From the NCBI RefSeq assembly GCF_964204645.1, contig NC_134027.1:18438560-18502559 (forward strand): DNA of 64,000 nt, in the 5' to 3' direction. Both the position numbers and the translations under genes were made by a program. Shown here one piece after another: positions 1 to 11,100 of the stretch (its first letter is position 1; each line of letters starts with the position of its first letter). The notes under the pieces are model-generated. The model saw only the letters and a list, made by a program, of their open reading frames with translations. It did no database searches and was not told where the DNA came from. The stretch comes from Tubulanus polymorphus. Its lineage: Eukaryota > Animalia > Nemertea.

Positions 1-149
1 AACATGGTATCACTTGAAAGCTTGTGAAAAGAGCTTTCACAAAAAACATACAGTATGGGGTTATCCCTCATATCTACTGAGTTATTAAGTTTTCCCCTTG
101 CAAGGTCCAAAATCACTCATAGGCCGAAAAATACTTGCCGGTTAAAGGG
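1..149. mobile_element. End of a piggyBac-like non-autonomous element
   Basis: Terminus ...GGTTAAAGGG followed by TTAA (150-153); a similar end occurs at 53569. Confidence 0.45.
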
Positions 150-894
150 TTAAACATAAAATTAACAATTCAAAGACTTGTGGCAATCGTCCAACACATT
201 ATACATAGGTCCCTAGTACGCTAAACACTGACTGAACCAGACCACCTGATGTCCTCTCAAGCAAAATTGAATTCGACCTTAGATGTGAGACGCATGAAAA
301 TGAGCCGTAGGCTGGTTTTCCACGAGAAACGGATCAAACAAATTTATTTCCCCTCAGCCGTTTCCACATCGAATGAGGATGTGCCACTTTGGAAATAGCA
401 TTACCTTCCAAAATATAATAGTTGTTCATGGGTTCATGGTCCCTCTAAGTGCTCGGAAAACGCTTTTAATTTCTAAAATTTTCACTCTCGTGAGTGCTGA
501 GGGCTACGCCATCAGCTGGTTCGCTTGTCTAACTCGAGAAAAAAACCGCAGATTTTATAGGTCAGCGTTCTCATCTCTGATTCGAACCCCAATAGTATAT
601 GGTTATCTAGACAACGAATTCCTCAGAATACTGTACAGAATTCAATATCTTCCCATTTGAAATGCTTGGGTATTTGGAGTATGAATTTCGGGAGGCCAAA
701 AGAACACGATTTGGTGTCCCACATCATCAAATCTTATAGTATTATGTGGACGCCTTGACTATTTACTACAAAATAACAGGAACTTGTAATACATGAAAAT
801 AAATTGGAATGAGCTATTCTGTATCGGGATGAATTTGAATTTTCCCTTGAATTTTCTGAGGAGTAATAGAAACTATGTGGTGAAATTCCTAGAC

Positions 895-1560
895 GTATCG
901 GCCCCACTCCGCGCGGTTGCGCCACCGCGCAGGATTTAAGCGAAGCAGCAAACACAAACATGGCCACTCTCTCAATTTTCAATGATAGAAATCGTGTGAT
1001 CATTTCAATTATTTCCGCTGTTAGGGTTTTAAGGCACAATTTAAGTTGATGATGTGATATGGCGATGTTAATTAATGATAATTCCGCAGTGAAGCTAGTC
1101 ACGAACAGTGCCGATTGAGTGTACAGCTGCCAAAAACACTAAAATGTGCGTAGTTGCGTAACTATTTGCAGTGAATTGCAGACGAAACATGAAACATAAC
1201 GGCCGTTAAAATAAATTAAAATATACCAATCGCAATTGTAAAATAAAAATGAGATAGAACCTAAGTTAAAATTCTGGCCATTTCTGAAATGTTATTACTA
1301 ATTTTTAGTCAGTGCCGAACGTTAAGTTTTCCAACAATAATGAGGGGTGGTATGTAGTCATGCAATTCAAGTCATCATTTATTACACGTTACTTCCGTGT
1401 TGTTGAAAATCTCGCGAGTCCTGGACCAAACCCCATTGAACAATGTGATCTGTGTGCTGGCCACAAATGCACACAGATCACACTACACTACCCATTACAC
1501 ACTCCAGTACCCACAGCTTTCATATATCCATCCAAATATTTAGAGTGTCTTTCTTCCTGG
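895..1560 (-). repeat. Interspersed repeat fragment, reverse complement of 54415-55090
   Basis: ORFs 1312..1575(+) and 54372..54614(-) share near-identical text (MQFKSSFITRYFRVVENLASPG...), and the nucleotide match extends over ~670 bp. Confidence 0.85.
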
Positions 1561-2075
1561 GTGCTAATGGGATAACGCTGTCATAGGAAATATTTCCTTA
1601 CATAGAATTGGAATATTACCAGTCTTCTGTTCAGAGTAACATATTGAAACCTGACAATCTGTCTACTCATACTAGTGCCTATGCATATTTTGTAACCACT
1701 ATCAATTGCAAGTTTGTAGCTTATGACATGATTGTGTAAAGTTACGACGTCATTTTGCCATCCCATGTGGGGACTAAAGAAGACAGCTTATGCATGGTCC
1801 TCTTGAAACTTTGCATGATGCAGCTTGGAATTCTTTATGGATTTTTTTCGAAACGGGGTTTGCAGATTGGGACCGGTGAGATGACCAGCTCGATTGAAAA
1901 TGGAGCTTATTGTCCTTCCTATATGCTCGATAAGGTGGCCATCTTGAATTTTTGTTAATTTCTTTATGCAATGACCGATTTCTCTCAAATTTTGCATGAG
2001 GAATGGTGCAGGTGAGACATCAGAATGTTAGCCCATATTTGGAATTTCTTGATATTTTGTTTTTTTGTATTGTAG

Positions 2076-2168
2076 GTTTATGTTTACAATGATCAAGTGA
2101 TACAACATGGTATTAAAGAGAAACTCCCAACGATGTTCAGTCAAGTGGGTGAAAAACTTGAAGATAAG
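2076..2168 (+). CDS. NUP93: NUP93 exon (1st in window) [31 protein letters not shown]
   Basis: T-rich tract + tgtAG acceptor, GTaga donor at 2169; resembles human IYIYNEKIV...ELDDK; phase 0/0. Confidence 0.88.
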
Positions 2169-5100
2169 GTAGAATAAAAATAGAACCTATTAACCCTTAG
2201 AGCATCAGAGCTGGAACCTGACGACTTTCCAATTTTCAGCAATAGTCGGCTTTGTGAATGAATTGCTCTCATAATTCAGCCTACTCCAGTATTGTTAGAT
2301 GGCGAATGATATGCATTTTATGTCTTTGTTCATCCGTTCTTCTGTAGACGGAATCCAGTTATTTTTGGAAGTTTTAACGATGCTTCAGTGTAATGCCTTG
2401 ATAGTTGGTTTACACATGTATCTACCGTAGACACATCTCTGGTCCAAAAACTGGCCTGGTTAGAATCAAGATGGCCGACTGGCAGCCATTGATGTTTGAT
2501 CAATTTGACCGATCTAAGCTTTAAAATTTTAGATAATTGGAAAATTTCCTTAGCTTTTAAGTAATTTGACCTGACCTGTCATGACCTAAGTCATGAATAA
2601 TCACTACCAGATGCGCATGTGCTTAACAGTATGTAAAATGACAGGTGCATCCTCGCTAAAATAGACCCGGAATTATCAAAACATTTGGTAAAATATCGAG
2701 CTGTGTATTAACAATTACTGTGAAGAAAACAAAAATATGGCGCATTTTTAAATTTTGGTCACTGACATGAAAGTACCATTGGCGTCTAGGTAAAGGAAGA
2801 ACTGTAGCATATTAACTTCCACTAATCGTTGGGTATGATACATGTACGAGTGAGGGAGGTAAGTCTTCAGTTTCTTAAATAAATTAATGAATTACATCGA
2901 ATGAAAAGGCCTTGTTTTTCATGACTGAACCTCGTTTGCCCAGTGAATCGGAATATTAACTCCTTTCAGCTGTTTTGTTTGCTACTTCAGTAATTTAGAA
3001 GAAAAATATAATCTGCCTCCCCTTCACTACTCAGTGGACTCGCTAGCCTTGGGATTGTGCAATACCGATTAATGATGCCAATGAGAGCTCTGCACATTTA
3101 TCGACTTTCTTCCCCTTGAGTTGAGGGTGGCCATATTATATTTCTAAATGATAATATACAAACCGGATATTTTAGTGTCGTATAGCAACTCGCAATATTT
3201 GGTCATGCTTAATTAGTTGTTAGCATCAGTAACACATACTGGTAAATATTTTCTCTTTCTTTAGGTATTCCCGGAGAGAATTGCCTCATTCACTACGGAT
3301 TTATGAGCTACATATGTTTGAAATCAAGAGTGCATCGTGTGAAAACATGCCTCGAGTGAGGCCTAGTTTAAGTTTTCCGGGGAAACTGGCAGTGTTCCAA
3401 TAAGCCACCATTCGTTCTTAGTGGCTATATTAAAGCTGGTAATGTTATTGCGCGAATATATTCAATGTACTGTTTCATTTTGAACGCAGAGATGAAGCTC
3501 CACACACAAAGTTAGAATTTTAAAATAATTCTTAAAATCTGGGCTATAGACATATTTCCTGTGCACCACACGCAGATTTTTGATATTGTTTCCATTTAAA
3601 AAAGGTGATAAATTTGTTTTTTTTTTTGCCCTAAAATTTTGCCAAATATATTTCTACCTACCTACCTACCGACTCATCCTGAAAACTTGGTGTTATGGCA
3701 AACAGATGTATTTTGGGATGGCCCTATCACTGTACCCCTGATCATTGTGGTAAGAATGTAAAAATAAAAGCTGATGTTGTTCTAAAATTGTATTATTCAG
3801 ACAGGTTTATATAATAATACCATTCCGAAGACCTATTTGTAGAAAATGTAGGAGTATAAAAACCGCCTTAAGTCTAGGGTTTAACCCTGTTTTCCCGGAA
3901 ATTTTGAATTCGGCTATGTCAAGATATCTTTCTGTAATCTGTATTATTATTACGTTGCAGAATCCGATATCGGCATCATTACAAACGGTTATTTCCTTAA
4001 AATATTTCTGGCCATGATGAATTCTATTTCAAACAAAATGCATTCGCGTGCATGCCCGCGATACTAGAGGAGAGCTCGGCCTCCCCTAAACACAATCAGT
4101 AGCGCTGTGAATCAAACTTAAAAAACAAATCGCTAATTGCTGATCGGCTATTTCCGCCTGGGGTTCAGAGTTCTCCGTGCAACATTCACAGACATAGATA
4201 AAGCGAGAAGCCTGTAAAATAGTATCAACAACTCATTTATTAACTGATACAAATTACAAAATGAAAAATTTTCAGCTTATCAAGACACAGATTTTTGGGA
4301 CAATTGCTGGTAGAGCAGCTGGGGACAATCTGGCATCATGTCAATCAAAGCAAAGCTGCTAATTATAAAACGGAATTGAGTTGTGTAGAAAAAACAATAT
4401 ACAATATACAATATCCGTGAGTCCCTGGAGTCGGTGTTACGGCAAACAGACAATTATTTTGGGATGGCTTGATGTAGATTTTTTACGACGCCATTCACTG
4501 CGACCACCAGCGACGATTATGTCGCAATGACTCATCGACCTACGCTCCCTTGGGACGGGTTGCGACTGTCAGCAAAGCCAGTCACAAGGAGTCGCACGTG
4601 TTCTACTTTCTGCGTGGCGACACAACCGTCACAACCGACCTACGCGCTCTTGCGACTGGCAGAAACTAGTCGCACACAGTCGCTGACAATCATATCGCAA
4701 CTGACTTGCACCGAAACTTGCAATGCAACGCGAGGATCGCATCGCGTCACAAGGCCGACGTACGTCCGGCTTTAAGTTACTGCGGAGCCCCAGAAATATC
4801 TTTTTTTTTTTCGTTCAAAAGACCTTTCACTCGAAAAATTCTTTCGTCGATTGAACCAATTTGAAAAAATCGTTAGAACAAAGTTTAATCAAATTTTTTT
4901 GTCCAAACGGAAGGTTTTTCGTTCGAACAATCGTTCGAATGAACAGAATCATTTTAACTTCAACAGAATTTTCTTGTCAGAACATTAAGTTTTTTCGTTC
5001 GAACAAGTATATTGTAAAAAGTTTTTTCTCCGAACCAAAAGTATTAAGTACTTCGTTCAATCGAACAGAATGGTTTTCATTCAAACATTCTTTCGAAAAA

Positions 5101-8100
5101 AATTTTTTTCGCTCAACCAAATTTTTTTGCCGGGACAAAAAGTTTTTAATTTCAACAATAACATAGCTTTCTTTCGAACACATTTTTTGTCAGAATGAAG
5201 AAAAGATTTGGTTCAAACAAAAAGCGTATTGTTCGATCAAACAAATTGTTTTCATTCGAACAAGATTTCTGCCGGTTGGTCTCCTTACCGGCGGCAATGA
5301 AATGCTGTCGGTGAATTTGTTTCTATTATTGCCATAGGTGATATAAATAACCCGCGGCACACCTGGTTCACAATATAGGTCAGCCGTCAATCACCTGCAG
5401 TTCTTGACGCTGCATTATAAAATATAAATTAGCGCTGCCACTTGACCTATTTATCTAACTTCAGTCAGAGCTCCATCCAGATTTACTGATAAACAATGCG
5501 CAGCATACATCTATAAGAAATACAGGCGGTGTCAGCAGTGAGCCGCGCGTGTGTCTGTGTATACCGTATTTTCCGGTGTACAAGTCGACTTGGTGTATAA
5601 GTCGAGGTCAAATTTTCAGTTTAAAAAGTTGTACTAAGGCTATAGTCGGTGTATAAGTCGAGATCCTGTCATCATGTGTTTACATATGTCACTCCATTCT
5701 CATAGTAGTTGAGAGTCTTTACCACTGTTTGTAATTAAACATTGGGATCTGTTGTTTCTGATAGTAAATTACCGGATGAGTGCTCATTGATTGTATCCAC
5801 GTGTTGAATGTATTGTATATACATTGAATGCTGCGTGCCTGTAGTCTAGTATTAGACTGCTGTGTATTGATTATTGGCACGCTGCCACAGCAGCGCAGCT
5901 ATATAAAGTGCTTTACAGTTATACACGCGCGCGCTTTTCTTTCTCATTTGATTTTTAATATCAGTTAATTTTGAACCATTTCCAAACTATAAGAAACTAT
6001 TTTACTATTTTATCCTAAATTCTAATTGGTATGCGTGTGTAGCCTAACATAAATGAATATTCCATTTCATCATGGCAACCTTGAACTCTTAAACATCGCC
6101 AGTTTAAACGATATTGAAAGTGTATTCGGTGCATAAGTCGACCTACGTTTTTTGGACATGATTTTTGGTCTCGAAAAACTCGACTTATACACCGGAAAAT
6201 ACGGTATAGGTTTCAATAATCGCATGTATAGAATAGTCACGGCGATGAATAAACACATCGGCTCGGCGACTATTGTGCTTAGGGTTTTTCAGCCTCCTAC
6301 ATCCTCAATTAAGACAAACGAATTGACAAATCAGTGAATTAAATTATCTGACGAAGGGTAATTGGGCGAGTTTCATGAGATCTAGCTTATGTATTTTTAG
6401 GCTAAAAACTGTCATCGGCTTAAATTCAGTATTGCATTATCCCCTTCAAATTTGTTTAGTTTGGAATGGTTTTATCTTTTATTAGCCCACTTGGGACTTT
6501 AGTCCCAGCGGGCTATTGCGTTCACTTTTCGTCCGTCCGTCCGTCCGTAGACGGAATCCAGTTATTTTGGGAAGTTTTGAAGACGCTTCAATGTAATGTC
6601 TTGATATTTGGGTTACACATGTATCTAACCTAGACACATCTTCAGCCCAAAAACTGGCCCTGTCAGATGCAAGATGGCTGACTGGCAGCCATTGTTGATC
6701 GCCAAAATCAACACTTTTTACACATTTTTTAACTTTTTGAGGGAAATTTTGAAGACGCTTTAATCAATTAGCTTGATCTTTCGGACGTATGTGAATCCCC
6801 CCAGGGCCCATCAGCATAACAAAAATTGGGTCGATCGGACTCAAGATGACCGTCCTAAGACCTTTTTTAGTGCCCAAAAATGTCAATTTCGGCCCGAAAT
6901 TCTGAGTCCTGTAGCTCCCTACTGGTTTGCCATTTCTCATTGCTATTTGTGATGGGTATTCTTTGAAAAGGGATGTTTTACACCTAAGACAGGTATTTTT
7001 GATCATCCATTTATGACGCAATTGGCGGCCATCTTGGTGTCATCAGTACTCATTCATAGGTGGGAAAAAGTTTTTCCTCATTATATTGATACCTAAGTGT
7101 ATTTTATTACCACAATCAATTAGAAACTTGTAGCTCATAACATGTTTTACGATTGTGGTGAGTTTTAAGGTCATTGGTTTTTGTATATGGCCACCAGGGG
7201 GCGTTGAATAATGCAATTTCTTAGTATTTCTATATTATATTCGTATCAATGCATATTTTGTAACCACAATCAATTGTAAAGTTGTAGCTCATGACATCAT
7301 CTATGATTGTGGCAAGTTTTAAGGCATTAGTTATTCTATATGGTCACCAGGGGGCGTTGAATAGTAGAATAGCTTAGTATTTCCTAATTAGATTGGTACC
7401 TAGGCATATTTTGTTACCGCGATCAATTGCAAAGTTGTATTTCATGACATGTACTACGATTGTGGTGAGTTTTAAGGTCATTGGGTTTTGAATATGGTCA
7501 CCAGGGGGCGTTGAATAGTAGAATAACTTAGTATTGTCCATATTAAATTGGTTACGAGGCATATTTTGTTATGACAATCAATTACAAAATCGTAGATGCT
7601 GACATGTTCTATGATTGTGGTGAGTTTCAAGGTCATTGGTTTTTGTAATTGGTCACCAGGGGGCGTTGAATATTGAAATTGTTAGATTGTTAAACATTTG
7701 GAACCACTTCAAGTGGGCATGGTGTCCCTGGACCCCTAGTTAGTTTTATGATTTATTACTAGGCCTACCCCTAATTTGTATCACATCTTAATAAAATAAG
7801 TATCTTTGTTGTTCTTGATTCTCTCATTCTTTCTTTTTAATCAATAACTGACATTGTATTATAGAAGTACCCCTAGCATGCCTTTAATGGTTTTTAGTTT
7901 GTAACTCTTTTATTCCTTTTATTCTACCCCTAAGTAAGATTAGTTTGTCAGTCTGGACAAGACTGTATATATCATTATTTCATCACAACATATTAGTATT
8001 ACTGAAGTTGTTATAGTCAGCACATCATCATAGCTCTGCCATCTGCAAAGCAACGAAAAATTGACTTGAATCAACGGAATAACTTGTCGAATTTCTTTGC

Positions 8101-11100
8101 ATTGTCAAAAACAACAAGAGATCAGCAAAATACGGTTAATTTGACGATTGAATCACCAACGCTTTCATCTTTGACGTATGAATCTTCAGCTGCTCCGGAT
8201 ACGTCTATTTCAGTTCCAGTGGTCAAAAACTGGAAAAATCTGGTCAAAACATCTACGGTCGTTAAGTGGAAACTTAACTGTATTGGATATTCCGCAAACG
8301 CATATATTATGATATGATGTGATGACTTACCTACCAATGAGTGACTAATCCATAATGTATCCCTACTGTAAATATGTGTTATATATATATGCAATATTCG
8401 TAAAAGTGACAATTTTGTTCTGTGGTCTTTCAATCTATTTAGTATTTGAATCCAATTTGATTATTTGATAAGATGCTGTTTTAATATTATCATAATCATA
8501 ATCTTATTTTTAGTATATAAGTTAAGAATAAGATGTGTATTTCTTTTCTATTTTGTGTATATTTAAACTCTGATATCTTTAATAAAATTCTCCTGTACAT
8601 TTATTCTGTGTCACATTTTTTGCCGTGGGTTTTTCGATTTACGGAGGCAAATTGGGATTCTAAAATGCTGATGGTCTTTGGTGAAATGCTCTTGCTCCAG
8701 GTCTGATTTTCCCAAATTCGAGGCCTGACATTACAACATGCAACCATGAAAGTTGCAAGTTATACTGACTGAGGTCAACGAGGAGTCAGAACCGCCATCA
8801 AGATAAATTTCGTTCCAGTGAGTTAAGTGTCAGTCACAGAGGCATTTGCGATGCAAAGCCTGAGAAACAAGTGAAATTCAAAAGATTTCAGAAGTTCATA
8901 TTTTTATTTTCTTTTATTTAGAATGTAAAATTGTATGTTCCCTAAAAGAATTGTAAATAAAGATTTACTCAGCAAAGTTTGTTGCTTTTTAGAGCATTTT
9001 ATATTTGCACTCGTTATTTCAATTTATGAAATGACATCATCTTTTATTGTATCGTGATTGTAACCAAAAGCGAAGGCTGGTCTGTCCTATATGATGTTAT
9101 TGACATAAGTAACGAGACGAGTAGTACTGTATAGGTTAACTATTTATTTGACGCACGAGCTTTCGCTTCTAATGAATAAAAGCTTCATCAGGTGAATGAG
9201 TCATTAAACCTGGTTAACACGGCTACTCTACGGATGTTATTGACAGTCTACTGTACACGCTTTTGGACATACCACTTTGATGTGTGGAACACCCAAAAAG
9301 AAATTTAAAAAAGAAATTCCTACCTACCTTTAAAATCTTACAAGTTGGACCAGAAAATTAGACTTTATTATTTTATGCCTTTGTTTGATATCATTGTTGG
9401 ATCATTGGGCATGGTTTCCCTGGACCCCTAGTTAGTATTTTCATAATGTTCTATAATTTCCAACTTTGAACTAAGTAGGTTTCCCTCTAAATTTCCTTTC
9501 TTATTAGCATAAGAAGCCATATCAAACACTGTATGAAGTTTAGATTAGGGCAATGTCTGGGTACATTGCAAGTATGTGGCTATGGTGCTCAAAGGGTTAA
9601 GTTTTGTATCGGTAAACATCTACACTAGGAAGATTTATCTTTGCTTTCTGGCACTTTGCTAATTGTAATTCAGTTATTGAGTTTTTGTTTTTTGTTTTTA
9701 TAGAATGTAATAGAAATATGGAGTATGGTAAACCATATGATATCGTTACCAGTATTAACAGCATCTGATCTCATCAGTGAGCGAAACAGTAAGAAAATAC
9801 AGATGATATTTGTGAATCAGGCAAGAAAATATCTGGAAGAGAGGTAATTACAATAACTCATTGAAAGATGCACTCCTATCCACTCGTTTCGCTATTGGCT
9901 CTAGGCACAACATATCAAAAATACTATGGGAACTAGCTCATGGTAATTTCGGAGTTCGCTTTGGAGCCTGAGCCCAAAAAGTGTTGTCGCCTATAGCTTG
10001 TTCTGCATATCAATTATCAAGGTCTGGGAACTCATCAATTTTTTCGATCCAAAAAAAATTGATAATTTGGGCGTTTAAAATGATGTTTTGGACACTGTTA
10101 TCGTACTAATGACAACATATAAATGTTTGATACATTGTAGCTTGCATTTATGAGCATCTAAAACCTGCCTTCATTAAAACATTTATAAATCAATAGCTAC
10201 ATATTATAAAAATGCATGGATGCACGTGATTTACGAGATGGTAATGCTTGAAAACTTGGATTTCACTAAGTTTCAATATGACATTTAAGTGGTGAACAAT
10301 CTACACGTAAATAATCGTTGCAAATTGACAAATTTACACACTTCTTAGAGGCCAAAAATATCAAAATTATGACAGAAAATGTAGGTTTATAGAGTTAAAA
10401 GTCATTGATCTTGATTCCCCAGACCTCCCTGATAAATGATTTGCATAAATGAAAATCTTTTGGTAGGGGGCACTAAAGTGCAATGGTGCCAAATAATTGC
10501 TATTCAAATGAATGTGCCCTTCTAGGAAAATCTGTGACGATCAATAATATGCTGACAAAGATAACATGTATATCAGCTTAAAATCTGTTTCCATTCCACA
10601 AACGTTTGTATAGGCGTAAAAAATCCTGACCAGGGGCGGAGCTTAACCGTATTAGCCATATTGTCCAATACGGTCTAGTATTTGAAGTGCCCTTTCGAAA
10701 TTTTTCCAGCAACTTTTTAGCCCACTTGGGACTTTAGTCCCAGCGGGCTATTGCGTTCACTTTTCGTCCGTCGTCCGTCCGTCCGTAGACGGAATCCAGT
10801 TATTTTGGGAAGTTTTGAAGACGCTTCAAGGTAATGTCTTGATATTTGGGTTGCACATGTATCTACCCAAGACACATCTTCAGCCCAAAAAATGGCCCTG
10901 TCAGAATCAAGATGGCCGACTGGCAGCCATTGTTGTTCGCCAAAATCAGCACTTTTTACACATTTTTGAACTTATTGAGGGAAATTTTGAAGACTAACAT
11001 AACAAAAATTGGGTCGATCGGACTTAAGATGGCCGTCCTATGACCTTTTTAGTGCCCAAAAATGTTAATATTGGCCCGAATTCTGAGTCCTGTAGCTTCC

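Larger units (their letters stand above)
2194..9596. mobile_element. Putative piggyBac-type shell spanning almost all of the first intron, filled with nested insertions
   Basis: TTAA(2190-2193)-CCCTTAGAGCATCAGAGC ... GCTATGGTGCTCAAAGGG-TTAA(9597-9600): inverted termini match 15/18. Confidence 0.55.

Noticed and set aside
373-1997. Cluster of short ORFs at the window start
   Set aside because: They lie in interspersed repeats within a NUP93 intron and have no recognisable protein motif.
3264-3420. Exon-like segment after a strong pyrimidine tract/AG
   Set aside because: No NUP93 sequence is missing between the flanking exons and the translations show no recognisable motif; probably a transposon remnant.
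7080-7690. Regularly spaced repeats that superficially resemble a CRISPR array
   Set aside because: The whole ~154-bp units are homologous, so there are no unique spacers. The context is eukaryotic, no cas genes are present, and the array is explained as HINE core repeats.
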